DNA of 64,000 nt, taken from NCBI GenBank assembly GCA_963663765.2, contig CAXXUA010000002.1, forward strand, positions 96,001-160,000. The letters are read 5' to 3'. The notes under the pieces are model-generated. The model ran no database searches, was not told where the DNA came from, and saw only the letters and a list, made by a program, of their open reading frames with translations. Below, one piece after another: positions 53,097 to 63,774 of this stretch (position 1 is the first letter of the stretch; every line of letters starts with the position of its first letter). Position numbers and translations under genes: made by a program. The stretch comes from Candidatus Poribacteria bacterium (GTDB taxonomy: Bacteria > Poribacteria > WGA-4E > WGA-3G).

Positions 53097-54077
53097 ATGT
53101 CAAGTCTTGATCAAATTGTTAGTCCAATTGTTGACGATCTAAACGATATAGAGAAAATACTAATAGAAAACACTGCAAACGAATATAGTTTTGTTGACAT
53201 GGCAGTACAACATGTTGTGGAGGGAGGAGGAAAACGGCTTCGTCCAATTCTTGTTTTACTGTCTGCGAAAACTGTCGGTTACCAAGGTGTTGATGCACAC
53301 ACTCTCGCTGCGGTTGTAGAACTCATCCATGTTGCATCGCTTGTGCATGACGATGTACTTGATGAAGCAGCAATCCGTCGCGGTCGCGAAACTTTACAGA
53401 CGAAATGGGGAAACAAGGTCGCTGTGCTTGTAGGAGATTACCTTCATGCACGGGTACTATCAATGCTCGTAGCAAGACAATCAGATGACCCAGCAATGGC
53501 AATCCTCGCAGACACAACGCAGGCAATGTGTGAGGGTGAGGTCATACATGCATATAAAAGCGGAGATTTTGATATATCTGAGGAGGAATACCTGAAGATA
53601 ATTAGTTTCAAAACTGGGAAGTTAATAACCGCTTCTTGCACACTCGGTGTGCAGCTTGGAACAAAGGACCAACAACAGATTGACGCAATAACTACTTATG
53701 GACAAAAAATCGGCACTGCATTTCAAATCGTTGATGATTTACTAGATTTTGTAGCAGCACCAGAGAAATTAGGTAAAAACGCCTATGGTGACTTACGTGA
53801 AGGAAAACTTACCTATCCGATTATATACACCCGCAAAGTCTGTAATGACAATGAAAAACAGACCCTTGAAAAAGTGCTAAATCCTAACACAGATGAGAAC
53901 GAAGCAATACTTACTGTAGAGTCACTTTTCAAAAAATACGATGTTGAACCGCACTGTTTGAACGTAGCACAGGATTATGCTAACAGCGCAAAAGAAGCAT
54001 TGACAGTTATACCGCCTTCAGATGCACGAAACGCACTTGAAAAGCTGGCGGATTACGTTGTTTCTCGCGATACTTAG
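53097..54077 (+). CDS. Long-chain polyprenyl diphosphate synthase (IspB/HepT-like)
   Basis: GGKRLRP, LVHDDVLD, RRG, FQIVDDLLD, DLREGKLT. Confidence 0.93.
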   Translation: MSSLDQIVSPIVDDLNDIEKILIENTANEYSFVDMAVQHVVEGGGKRLRPILVLLSAKTVGYQGVDAHTLAAVVELIHVASLVHDDVLDEAAIRRGRETLQTKWGNKVAVLVGDYLHARVLSMLVARQSDDPAMAILADTTQAMCEGEVIHAYKSGDFDISEEEYLKIISFKTGKLITASCTLGVQLGTKDQQQIDAITTYGQKIGTAFQIVDDLLDFVAAPEKLGKNAYGDLREGKLTYPIIYTRKVCNDNEKQTLEKVLNPNTDENEAILTVESLFKKYDVEPHCLNVAQDYANSAKEALTVIPPSDARNALEKLADYVVSRDT

Positions 54078-54131
54078 AAAAGTAATACCTCTTTCCTATA
54101 TGCTGTTTCATTACTCTGCTTCAATTTTTGG

Positions 54132-54253
54132 CAGGACTTACGCACCCAACGGTAGGCGCGCTTTGTAAGCGCGCTGGAAACATAAATAATGCTGAAAATT
54201 ACATCATTTTCAGCACTATTCTTGATTAAATCATGAAAACTGCGTAAGTCCTG
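54132..54253 (+). mobile_element. CAGGACTTACGCA MITE, minimal form
   Basis: Perfect TIRs; (T/A)TTGG flanks; uninterrupted REP. Confidence 0.88.
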
Positions 54254-54270
54254 ATTGGATTTATTTTTTG

Positions 54271-55437
54271 ATGTTTTATCCCGCTTATATAAACCTAAAA
54301 AGTAGAAAATGTCTTGTTGTTGGTGGTGGTACTGTCGCTGAACGAAAAGTTGTATCAATGCTAATCAGTGGGGGAAATGTCACAGTCATTAGTCCCAATG
54401 CAACTGATCTCGTCATGTTCCTTGCAGAGAACAACACAATTCGTTGGTACAAGCGGAACATAAGGGAAAGTGATACAAAAGGTTATTTTCTTGTTTGCGC
54501 TGCAACTGACTATACTGATATAAATACCAATATTTTCACAGAAGCACACGAAAAGAACAATATCCGATTAGTCAACGTTGTAGATGTGATTCCACAATGT
54601 ACCTTCGCCGCTGCATCCGTTGTAACGGATGGAGATATTATGCTCAGTATTTCCACAAGTGGCAAAAGTCCGGCAACAAGTAGACGTATTCGCGAACATT
54701 TTGAAGAAACATTGAATACATCATCTTTATACACACTTGGCTATGAAAATGGGAAACCAGTGTCTATTGAAAACCAAGGGTTGCCCTATCCTGTCTATCT
54801 TCTGTTGGAAAACCGAAAATGTTTTGTCATAACAGATGAAAATAGTGATGAAATTGAACGACGGGTATCGCTGCTTCGTCAATGTGGTGCAAAAGTATTG
54901 TGCCTGACACAAAATGAAGTGAAAGATGATGAAATCCACGACGCTTTTCTTGTTATTGCAAAAGACAAGACCTATGTAAACTATTCACTATGGAGTTCAT
55001 CAGATTTCTTATATGAAATAATCAATGATGGAGTAACGGGAACACACTTCACACCAAATGTCATAGTAGACAACAACCTAATAATAAGTATCGCATCCAA
55101 GAATCGCAATGATGTTAGCAAAGAAAAACATCTTCATCAGAAACTCATACATCAGTTTGAAAATAAAGGTTATGGTGCTTTTATAGAACTCCTTGGTGAA
55201 AGACGTCAGGAAGTCCTTGATGCGTTTCCTACTTCAAAAATGAGGGCAGACTTTTTTGAGAAAATCATCGACCACGTCTCAAATACAACAAAACAAACTT
55301 GCTGCCTAAACCTTACAGAACTGGAGTGTTCTGCTGATTGTCTATTCAATTGGATACGAGAAAATAAAATCTCAAAAGCCAACAACTTCATTACTCAACA
55401 ATTAAATACGCAACGTGCAAACCTAAATCTCAATTAA
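54271..55437 (+). CDS. Precorrin-2 dehydrogenase/sirohydrochlorin ferrochelatase (SirC/CysG-N/Met8-like), internally duplicated
   Basis: YPAYINL..RKCLVVGGGTVAERK, VNVVD, SISTSGKSPA; a second degenerate copy starts PYPVYLLLENRKCFVI. Confidence 0.82.
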   Translation: MFYPAYINLKSRKCLVVGGGTVAERKVVSMLISGGNVTVISPNATDLVMFLAENNTIRWYKRNIRESDTKGYFLVCAATDYTDINTNIFTEAHEKNNIRLVNVVDVIPQCTFAAASVVTDGDIMLSISTSGKSPATSRRIREHFEETLNTSSLYTLGYENGKPVSIENQGLPYPVYLLLENRKCFVITDENSDEIERRVSLLRQCGAKVLCLTQNEVKDDEIHDAFLVIAKDKTYVNYSLWSSSDFLYEIINDGVTGTHFTPNVIVDNNLIISIASKNRNDVSKEKHLHQKLIHQFENKGYGAFIELLGERRQEVLDAFPTSKMRADFFEKIIDHVSNTTKQTCCLNLTELECSADCLFNWIRENKISKANNFITQQLNTQRANLNLN

Positions 55438-55445
55438 GCACTATT

Positions 55446-56285
55446 ATGCATTTTCTATTTCTTATTACTGTCTTAGTCTATTTAGCTGCCGGTATATTTC
55501 AGGCACTATATCTTGCTATTGGAAAGCAGACCGAATATCCCTCTTTGCGACCAACGATTGCAAATATAGCATATTGGGGAACTTGCCTCGGTTTTGCACT
55601 ACTGACATTTTTCATTATCCTCTGGTGGTCACGACAAGGGCATTACCCAATGACACACTGGACAGACTCCACCGCTTTCTTCGCTTGGGCAATAACCCTG
55701 ATCTATCTGATTGTCGTTCGCATGACGCAGCTACGGGCGGTCGGCAGTTTCGTTATACCACTGGCATTCATTACAATACTGATTTCATACAGTTTCGCAA
55801 CAGATACTGCTACTCTATCTGAAAATTTGAAATCATATTGGTTGGTCTCTCACGTTACACTCATTTTATTAGCTTATGCGACGTTTATCACTGCGTTCGC
55901 TTTTGGATTGCTTTATCTAATTGCAGAAAAAAAGATTCAACAGAAAACTGAAACAATCTTTCACAATCTACTTCCAGCTCTTACGGCTTCTGATGACATC
56001 GGCTACCGATGTTCTTTCTTCGGTGTAGTCCTACTGTCATGTGGCGTAATTATCGGCGCACTTTGGACACAATATATAGAAGATGAAATCTGGAGATGGC
56101 TTGACGCAAAGGTGTTTTTTACTGTGGTGACATGGGTGATCTATGTCGTGCAAATTGGTATTCGCCAATTATGGGGTTGGCGTGGAAGAAAAGCAGCATA
56201 TTCAGAGATAGTCGGTTTCATCGCAGTCTTATGCACATACATTGGTGTAAATCTATTCTTAGATAGTGCACACACATTCCGCTAA
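55446..56285 (+). CDS. Cytochrome c biogenesis CcsA/HemX-like membrane protein
   Basis: WLVSHV, GALW...WRWLDAK tryptophan-rich motif, GWRGRK, GVNLFLDSAH. Confidence 0.85.
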   Translation: MHFLFLITVLVYLAAGIFQALYLAIGKQTEYPSLRPTIANIAYWGTCLGFALLTFFIILWWSRQGHYPMTHWTDSTAFFAWAITLIYLIVVRMTQLRAVGSFVIPLAFITILISYSFATDTATLSENLKSYWLVSHVTLILLAYATFITAFAFGLLYLIAEKKIQQKTETIFHNLLPALTASDDIGYRCSFFGVVLLSCGVIIGALWTQYIEDEIWRWLDAKVFFTVVTWVIYVVQIGIRQLWGWRGRKAAYSEIVGFIAVLCTYIGVNLFLDSAHTFR

Positions 56286-56311
56286 TAAAAAAAATGCAAA
56301 ATCGCTGTTTT

Positions 56312-56340
56312 TTGACTTTAACGCGGAATTGTGCTATAAT
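56312..56340 (+). promoter_or_regulatory. Sigma70 promoter of hemA
   Basis: TTGACT-17 bp-TATAAT with extended -10 TG. Confidence 0.6.
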
Positions 56341-56390
56341 TTACCTATTACGGTATTCGTTCTTTATATTGACTCCGTAGAGTATGAACC

Positions 56391-57689
56391 ATGAAGCAAA
56401 TTGTATCAGTCGGAACAAGCCATCATGTCGCCCCTATAGAATTTAGAGAAAAGCTGGCTTTTTCCGAAGATCAACTAATTGAATCTCTCCACCAACTTCA
56501 CAACTCCTATCAATTTCAAGAGTCTGTGATCTTATCTACATGTAACAGAGTAGAGGTATACGCAGTTGCTGATTCACAACAAGTATCCCTGCCACCTGCC
56601 AAAATACTAATTGATTTCCTTTCTCACTACCACAACATCGGCAAAGAAAATCTGAAAAAATGGAGTTATCAAAACAACAATCTTGATACTATTTCGCATC
56701 TCTTCAGAGTAACTTCAAGCCTTGACTCAATGGTTGTCGGAGAGTCGCAGATTTTGGGACAAGTCAAAGAAGCATACGATCTTTCTCGAACGGTAGGTGG
56801 TGCAGGTGATGTACTGAACCGCCTATTTACGAAAGCATTTAGCGTTGGTAAACGAATCCGTTCTGAAACTACCATTGCGAGCGGGGCAGTATCTATCAGT
56901 TATGCAGCAGTTGAACTTGCAAAAAAGATCTTCAATACATTGGAAAACAAAACTGTCGCAATTATCGGTGCTGGTGAAATGAGCGAATTAACCGCAAAGC
57001 ACCTTGTCTCAAATGGCGTATCAAATGTGATTGTGGCAAATCGTACATATCAACGGGCAGTTGAAATAGCAAATAAGTTTAAAGGAATACCTGTCGCTTA
57101 CGAGGAGGATCTCTCATTCCTTATAGATGCTGATATCGTCATCAGTTCAACAGAAGCACCGCATTATCTGATTGAACGAGCACCTCTCGCAGAAATCATG
57201 CGGAAGCGAAAACATCAGTATATGTTCCTTATTGACATTGCTGTGCCACGTGACATTGATCCGGATGTCAGCAAAATCAACCACGCATTTCTCTATAACA
57301 TTGATGATTTAGAAGCAGTCGTTGCATCCAATTTGAAAGACCGAAAGCAGGAGGCAATTCGCGCAGAACAGATCGTCTCTGAAGAAGCAAAGCGATTCCT
57401 TGACCAACTGCAAATCCTTGAAGTCAATCCTACCATTAGAGCACTCCATCAGCAATTTCAACAAATTGCCGAATCCGAACTCCAATCATGCTTTGGCAAA
57501 ACAGAACTTTCAGAGCATCAGGAGGAGGCGGTTGAATCAATGACGCAGGCAATCGTCAAAAAACTCCTACATCATCCCGTACATAATTTACGTCAATCTG
57601 TGAACGATGGCAATTTAGACCACGGTCAGTATATTCATGCACTCCAAGAACTGTTCGCTTTGGATGACAATAACGATAAGGAACAGTGA
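56391..57689 (+). CDS. hemA: Glutamyl-tRNA reductase
   Basis: LSTCNRVE, LDSMVVGESQILGQVK, IGAGEM, DIAVPRD. Confidence 0.97.
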   Translation: MKQIVSVGTSHHVAPIEFREKLAFSEDQLIESLHQLHNSYQFQESVILSTCNRVEVYAVADSQQVSLPPAKILIDFLSHYHNIGKENLKKWSYQNNNLDTISHLFRVTSSLDSMVVGESQILGQVKEAYDLSRTVGGAGDVLNRLFTKAFSVGKRIRSETTIASGAVSISYAAVELAKKIFNTLENKTVAIIGAGEMSELTAKHLVSNGVSNVIVANRTYQRAVEIANKFKGIPVAYEEDLSFLIDADIVISSTEAPHYLIERAPLAEIMRKRKHQYMFLIDIAVPRDIDPDVSKINHAFLYNIDDLEAVVASNLKDRKQEAIRAEQIVSEEAKRFLDQLQILEVNPTIRALHQQFQQIAESELQSCFGKTELSEHQEEAVESMTQAIVKKLLHHPVHNLRQSVNDGNLDHGQYIHALQELFALDDNNDKEQ

Positions 57690-58600
57690 TGAAAAGCATA
57701 GTGACAATTGGCACACGTGGCAGTCAACTCGCTTTATGGCAAGCACAATTCGTAAAACAGCAATTAATTCCACGTTACCCTGATATTGAAATAAAAATAA
57801 AGATCATAAAAACCACAGGGGATACTATACAAAACCGTTCTTTAGTTGGACTCGGTAAAGGCGTGTTTACAAAAGAGATCGAATTTTCACTTTTAGATGG
57901 TGAAATAGACCTCGCAGTTCATAGCCTAAAAGACCTACCGACTGAAATGCCGACAGGACTCTGTATCGCTGCTATCCCAACACGTGACGATCCGCGGGAT
58001 GTACTGGTAACATCTACCGGGAGCCTTATAGAAAATTTACCAGTTGATGCTAAAATCGGCACGACAAGTCCTCGCAGAAAAGCACAACTTCTTTACACAT
58101 ATCCACACTTGCAAGTCGTTGATGTCCGAGGAAACGTAGATACACGGTTACGGAAACTCAAAGAAACTGACCTTGATGCAATTATACTTGCTGCAGCAGG
58201 ACTTAAACGCCTCAACAAAGAGGAAGCAATCACCCAGTATTTTGATATAGAACAGATGGTCCCAGCAGTAGGACAAGGCGCGTTAGCTGTTCAAACACGG
58301 CAAGACGATAGCCAGATTCAAGAGTTACTTACAACCATAAATGATGCAACGACTACAGTTGAAATCACTGCAGAAAGAACCTTATTAGAATACCTCGGTG
58401 GTGGTTGTCAAGTACCAATTGGAGGGTTCGCTAAACGCAAAAATGACGAACTTTCACTCATTGGCACAGTATGTCACCCTGAAGGAAAACACCGGATAGT
58501 TGAAAGAGCAAACGGAACTATTGATGAACCCGTTAACTTAGGTAAATTAGTCGCAGAAAAACTACTCAAAACTGGTGCAAAAGAATTATTGTTAACTTAG
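57686..58600 (+). CDS. hemC: Hydroxymethylbilane synthase
   Basis: GTRGSQLALWQA, VHSLKD, RGNVDTRL, GGCQVP. Confidence 0.97.
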   Translation: MMKSIVTIGTRGSQLALWQAQFVKQQLIPRYPDIEIKIKIIKTTGDTIQNRSLVGLGKGVFTKEIEFSLLDGEIDLAVHSLKDLPTEMPTGLCIAAIPTRDDPRDVLVTSTGSLIENLPVDAKIGTTSPRRKAQLLYTYPHLQVVDVRGNVDTRLRKLKETDLDAIILAAAGLKRLNKEEAITQYFDIEQMVPAVGQGALAVQTRQDDSQIQELLTTINDATTTVEITAERTLLEYLGGGCQVPIGGFAKRKNDELSLIGTVCHPEGKHRIVERANGTIDEPVNLGKLVAEKLLKTGAKELLLT

Positions 58601-58606
58601 TTAATT

Positions 58607-60136
58607 TTGTATATGAATGCAACGAATCAAGAAACACATAATGGTATCGTTTATATAGTTGGCGCAGGTCCAGGAGACAGAAAACTCATTACCCTAAAGG
58701 GTGTGGAGTGCCTACAAAAAGCGGATGTTGTAATATATGACCTGTTGTTGAACAACACTTTGTTAGAACATTGTCCTGCTCATACAGAAAAGATTCAAGC
58801 ACCAGATCCGAGAATCCGCACCACGCGTCAAGCAGAACTGAATCACCTACTTATTCAATATGCCAAAGCGGGTAAAGTCGTGGTACGTCTCAAAGGGGGT
58901 GACCCGTATATCTTCGGACGCGGTGGTGAGGAAGCGGTGGAACTTGTCAAAGCAGGAATCCCGTTTGAAATTGTCCCAGGTATAACCTCCGGCATCGCTG
59001 CAACTGCCTACGCAGGTATACCAGTAACACATCGGGACTATGCCTCATCTGTCGCATTTGTCACGGGTCATTCCGCTGCAACACACCCAAAGTCTAACAT
59101 CAAATGGAACTATCTCGCAACAGCAGTAGACACGCTTGTAGTCTATATGGGTGTGGCACATCTTCAACAGATTGTAGACCTACTCATAAAGCACGGTAGA
59201 GATGCACATACTCCCGTGAGTTTGGTTAGAGTCGGCACAACTCCACAACAATTAGTTGTTCAAGGTACGCTTTCGGATATAGCGGAAAAAGTTGAGGCAG
59301 CAAAACTCACAAGTCCTGCACTCATTGTTGTTGGGGAAGTCAATCTACTGCGCGATCAACTACGATGGTTTGAGATGAAACCCCTGTTCGGTAAGCGAAT
59401 TCTTGTAACCCGCGCACGCGCACAAGCAAGCGATTTCTCAGCACTCTTGGAAGTGAACGGTGCTGAAGTCATCCAATTTCCAACTATAGAGATTAAACAA
59501 CTTGATGAAACAGTAATTCCTACACCAGAAAAGTATGAGTGGGTTATCTTTACAAGTGTCAATGCAGTTGAAATATATTATGAAAACCTATTGCAGAAAG
59601 GAGAGGACGCGCGTGCTTTTGGTGATGTCAGAATCTGCGCCGTTGGACCGAAAACAGTTGATGCACTAAACCAAATTGGTATACGTCCAGATTTTATCCC
59701 GTCACATGCAAGTGGAAAAACCGTCGCAACAGAATTAGAGGATGTGGACGGTAAGAATATCTTACTGCCACGAGCAAAAATCGCAACCCCAGATCTCCCC
59801 AATATCTTACGTGAAAAAGGAGCAATCGTAGACGACGTACCACTCTACGAAACAATCAAAGTCGCCAGTGAAAACTGCAACTCAGTTGAAACTGACCTAT
59901 TACATGGAATTATAGACATCGTGACGTTTACAAGTTCTTCTACCGTTACCAACTTCCTTGACATGTTCCCAGCACGGACAGCGAAAGATTTACTTACAAA
60001 TGTTCGTGTTGCAGTCATCGGTCCCACGACACAGGCAACAGCAAAAGAACACAGTATTAATGTTGATATCGTAGCACAGGAAACAACAATAGAAAGTCTT
60101 ACAGATGCTATTATAAAATCATACCGCAATCAATAG
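58607..60136 (+). CDS. cobA: Uroporphyrinogen-III C-methyltransferase/synthase fusion (CobA-HemD)
   Basis: [21 protein letters not shown], then ILVTRA, FTSVNAV, FTSSSTV. Confidence 0.95.
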   Translation: MYMNATNQETHNGIVYIVGAGPGDRKLITLKGVECLQKADVVIYDLLLNNTLLEHCPAHTEKIQAPDPRIRTTRQAELNHLLIQYAKAGKVVVRLKGGDPYIFGRGGEEAVELVKAGIPFEIVPGITSGIAATAYAGIPVTHRDYASSVAFVTGHSAATHPKSNIKWNYLATAVDTLVVYMGVAHLQQIVDLLIKHGRDAHTPVSLVRVGTTPQQLVVQGTLSDIAEKVEAAKLTSPALIVVGEVNLLRDQLRWFEMKPLFGKRILVTRARAQASDFSALLEVNGAEVIQFPTIEIKQLDETVIPTPEKYEWVIFTSVNAVEIYYENLLQKGEDARAFGDVRICAVGPKTVDALNQIGIRPDFIPSHASGKTVATELEDVDGKNILLPRAKIATPDLPNILREKGAIVDDVPLYETIKVASENCNSVETDLLHGIIDIVTFTSSSTVTNFLDMFPARTAKDLLTNVRVAVIGPTTQATAKEHSINVDIVAQETTIESLTDAIIKSYRNQ

Positions 60137-60139
60137 GAT

Positions 60140-60163
60140 CAGGACTTATGCAAAAACGGTAGG
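60140..60163 (+). repeat. Truncated left end of a CAGGACTTACGCA MITE
   Basis: CAGGACTTATGCAAAAACGGTAGG with no right end. Confidence 0.6.
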
Positions 60164-60382
60164 TTAGGCATGTCAATCTGTTCACTTGAATTTATCGGTT
60201 TCATAGTCGTAATTAACTACAGGTTATCACCCCCCCTCAATTCTGTTAATTTCCTTGCTTCAGAAAATAGAGTCTTATTGTATTATCGTACCTGCACGCG
60301 CATTCTGTTATATATAGAGTGTTTCGTCGCAGGTTTTTGTCGTTTAATTTGACTTGATAAATATTAACGAAGGAGGTACAAT

Positions 60383-60545
60383 TGTGGAAACGAACATCTT
60401 ACGTCCTATTCTTGAATTATTTCTCAATTTGATGTGTGCAACGCTCCTGATAGGTTTTTTCATTATGATTGAATCAATACCGACAGGACAATCCCAACCT
60501 GACAACTCTATATCAGAAAAACAGGAACCCCCGTACTGTCCATAA
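60383..60545 (+). CDS. Small putative membrane protein
   Basis: AGGAGG RBS, GTG 60383, one hydrophobic segment. Confidence 0.4.
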
Positions 60546-60604
60546 TCAAACCTACTACCCCGCTCTTGCCCGCGCGAGGCAGGAAACTGAAGGAGGAATT
60601 AGAG

Positions 60605-62302
60605 ATGTTATTCTTGAGAAAACACACTTATTTGATACTCGGTTTGCTTGTTGGAATCGTAATCAGTAATGTCATTTTATTACAACGCGGACAGCAAACA
60701 AATTCACCAGACGAAGTGTTAGTACAACGCGAACAGCAGCAGACAAGTACACCAGAAGGTATTGTGCCTGATGTTGCTAACCGAATAGCAGATACTGCTA
60801 AACCGCCCCCTCCTGGTGAAACTCACCAAACAGGACATTGGCATGGCAATGTGTGGCATAAAACGAAACCGCCCACTAATTTGAAAAAAGATGGCTTGCA
60901 ACAGCGGGGAACTAGGAACCAGAAATCTGTTGTGGGTATCACTTGGAAAGGTGGTGCATCGAGCGGAGAATATAGTTGTGTTTATGATCCAGGGTTTTTA
61001 GAACTACCAAAGGAGATAAAAGATGCTTTATACATCTTAGATGCAGAAAAGTTTGTCAGGGAAGAAATTGTGGATTTAATTGAAACACATGACTTAGATG
61101 TCAAGGAAGCGTTAAAACAGGTGAAGATTAACCATGGTGATATTATTGACAATTTAGATCTCTTAACAGAGAACGGAACCCCTAAATCCACAATGACTGA
61201 CGAAGAATTTCAAGAACGTGAGTTTAAGATACTTACTGGAGATCGTGATCTTGAATCTGCAACTCGTTTTTTGGAAGATCATGGGTATTATAGTAAAGCA
61301 CTATTAAAACGTCTTAATTCCAAGCGTGCGTTTGAATACCTTAAGAATATAGAGACGCCTAATAAACGTGGTCGCTCGCGCGCGTACGCAGAACAAGTTA
61401 TCGCTGCAAATCCTTCAGATTTAGATGCGCGTTTATATCTTGCCGATACTGCACCAAAAAACTCAAAGAAAGAAGTTGAGGCAGCGTTAAATCAATACCA
61501 AAATATTCTTTCGGATCATCCAGATTCTGCTCACGCGTTAGTGGAAGCAGGGAGTTTGCTCATTTCTTTAGAGTCACCTATTGAAGCACTTGAAAAGTTA
61601 AGAAAAGGACATGAATTAGGAGCTTCTCGTGGTTATTTTGAGGCTGCGTATGCGTATCAACAACTGAGTGACTACAAAACTGCGTGGGTGTACTTGAAAA
61701 AAGCGATGCAGTTACCACATGGTGAGCGCACATATACGCACTTACGGGCAATAGAAGCGGGTACTCCGATATTTGCCCCCTTGCCTTTTGATAAACTTGA
61801 TTTTCCTGAGCAAGATGGACCTTTTGAAACTCCAGATGTAGAACCGTCTACACCAGAAAAGCGTGATAATTCCGTGGACGACCCGATTTGGGGAGAAGTA
61901 TCGAATGATACTAACGAAGAAGTAGAGTTATTACCCACTAATGATCGAGCTGAACGGGCACGTGCTGCCGCTGGAGCTGCACAGCGCGCGAGAGAGGAAT
62001 TTACGAAAATACAGGAACTTAGACGAAAAGAGTTTAAGGATTTTCTGCAATGGGTAGAAACCATCATGAATGCTGAATCGCCCATGGATACCAATAATTT
62101 CCTGATGAAGGAGATGGAAGCGTTTCTAAAAGCTGGAAAACCGCAGTTTGAACCTGTACGTATCGTCCGCGCCTTTGAAATCTTTGAACGTTATGGTCCC
62201 AAAGAAGGGATAAAACGCTTGCAAAAATATGACCCGAAAGTTGCCGAACAAGTGCAACGGTTACTTGCAGAAAAACGCCCCCATAACCCAAATAATAAAT
62301 GA
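60605..62302 (+). CDS. Membrane-anchored/secreted TPR-like protein with conserved C-terminal domain
   Basis: GGAGG RBS plus ATG 60605, N-terminal TM, PPPGETHQTGHWHGNVWH, TPR-like helices, C-terminus shared with the next gene. Confidence 0.75.
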   Translation: MLFLRKHTYLILGLLVGIVISNVILLQRGQQTNSPDEVLVQREQQQTSTPEGIVPDVANRIADTAKPPPPGETHQTGHWHGNVWHKTKPPTNLKKDGLQQRGTRNQKSVVGITWKGGASSGEYSCVYDPGFLELPKEIKDALYILDAEKFVREEIVDLIETHDLDVKEALKQVKINHGDIIDNLDLLTENGTPKSTMTDEEFQEREFKILTGDRDLESATRFLEDHGYYSKALLKRLNSKRAFEYLKNIETPNKRGRSRAYAEQVIAANPSDLDARLYLADTAPKNSKKEVEAALNQYQNILSDHPDSAHALVEAGSLLISLESPIEALEKLRKGHELGASRGYFEAAYAYQQLSDYKTAWVYLKKAMQLPHGERTYTHLRAIEAGTPIFAPLPFDKLDFPEQDGPFETPDVEPSTPEKRDNSVDDPIWGEVSNDTNEEVELLPTNDRAERARAAAGAAQRAREEFTKIQELRRKEFKDFLQWVETIMNAESPMDTNNFLMKEMEAFLKAGKPQFEPVRIVRAFEIFERYGPKEGIKRLQKYDPKVAEQVQRLLAEKRPHNPNNK

Positions 62303-62365
62303 GACAATAAATGAAAACCACACAGAAAACGCAATCAATCGCAGCAGGAAAGGAGGAACCAACAC

Positions 62366-63730
62366 GTGGAACGGAAAAACCCCCCTCAGACTCCACACCC
62401 ATCGCAAAATAAGAACGGTGATGCGCACAGAAACAGAACTGACACTTATTCGCATACACATAACAACAATAGCACAATCAGACATAAACATATTCCACAA
62501 GAAATCTTAGAACAACTTACCCAGTTACGAGAACAGTATAAAGACAATGTTGTAGGAACGCGCCAATGGAATAGTAGAATTGCAGGATTTCAGCGAGAAA
62601 CATTGTATCCAGAGGAGTATTATGAAAAAGAATTAGAAATCTTGTGCGGCGACATGACACCTGAACAAGCAACCAACTATCTGGAATCAGTTGGTCTCTA
62701 TAGTCCTGCCTTGCTAAAACGTTTAGACACTGTGAGTGCTTACCGACATCTTAAGACGTTAGGTTACGATAGACCCGAACTTCGTGAATATACTGAACGT
62801 GTCATAGCTGAAAACCCTGGGACAGAGATAGAGTTTGAAGCGCGTTATTACCTTGCACGAGAGTTAATACCTTATAGTAAAGAATTACATTTAGAAAAAG
62901 TAGCTGCGTTTCAAGCTGTGCTGAAAATAGATCCGAATTTTCAAGGAGCTTTATCTGGAATAGGAGCAATATTGGTGAATAATGACAAACCAGCGGAAGC
63001 CATACCCTATTTAAAAAGACACAATAGTGTTGCCATCCCTGGTGGTGGATATCCCGCTGATGCGTGGTTAGGTGAAGCGTATGAAAAGTTAGGAGATGTC
63101 AAAACTGCATGGATATATTATAAAAGGGCATTAGCAGGTTCAATTTATCACGAAAATGATCCAGCAGCAGTGTCGATGAGAGCTCATATTGAACGGATTG
63201 AAGCGGGTAATCCGATTTATAAGCCAGTGTTATCCGCGCGTGAACCTACTTCAATAGATGCACATTCGCATGAACACAGAAAGGAATCTGTTATGCCAAA
63301 AGAACATATACATCATACCGAAATTTTACCTAATGATAGTCCCTTGGCAGAACCTGATTCCACTATTCTATCGGATATCCGTGTTGAAAACGCCGAAAAG
63401 CGTCGTGCTGCGGCGAAAGCAGTACAACAAGCTTACGATGATTTGCAAAAACATCAAGAACGCACAAAAAAGGAACTTCAAAAGGAACTTAACGATTTTC
63501 TGCAATGGACCGCAACGATTATAAATGCTGAATCTCCAATGGATACTAACAATTTCCTCATGAAAGAGATGGAAGCGCATCTTAAGGGGGGACAAGCACA
63601 GTTTGAACCAGAACGCATTATCCGCGCTTTTGAAACGATGGAATGTTACGGAGCAGCAGATGGGATCAAACACATCCAAAAAGCCAATCCAGAACTTGCA
63701 AGGCAAATACAACGTCTGCTTTCAGAATAA
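62366..63730 (+). CDS. TPR-like paralogue lacking the N-terminal anchor
   Basis: AGGAGG RBS plus GTG; shares DFLQW...NAESPMDTNNFLMKEMEA...QFEP.RI.RAFE with 60605-62302. Confidence 0.75.
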   Translation: MERKNPPQTPHPSQNKNGDAHRNRTDTYSHTHNNNSTIRHKHIPQEILEQLTQLREQYKDNVVGTRQWNSRIAGFQRETLYPEEYYEKELEILCGDMTPEQATNYLESVGLYSPALLKRLDTVSAYRHLKTLGYDRPELREYTERVIAENPGTEIEFEARYYLARELIPYSKELHLEKVAAFQAVLKIDPNFQGALSGIGAILVNNDKPAEAIPYLKRHNSVAIPGGGYPADAWLGEAYEKLGDVKTAWIYYKRALAGSIYHENDPAAVSMRAHIERIEAGNPIYKPVLSAREPTSIDAHSHEHRKESVMPKEHIHHTEILPNDSPLAEPDSTILSDIRVENAEKRRAAAKAVQQAYDDLQKHQERTKKELQKELNDFLQWTATIINAESPMDTNNFLMKEMEAHLKGGQAQFEPERIIRAFETMECYGAADGIKHIQKANPELARQIQRLLSE

Positions 63731-63774
63731 GGCACTAATCACCAGAACCAACCACAAATGAGGAAAAAATAAAA

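Noticed and set aside
54074-54358. 94-aa minus-strand ORF
   Set aside because: Spans a MITE and the antisense strand of the SirC-like gene
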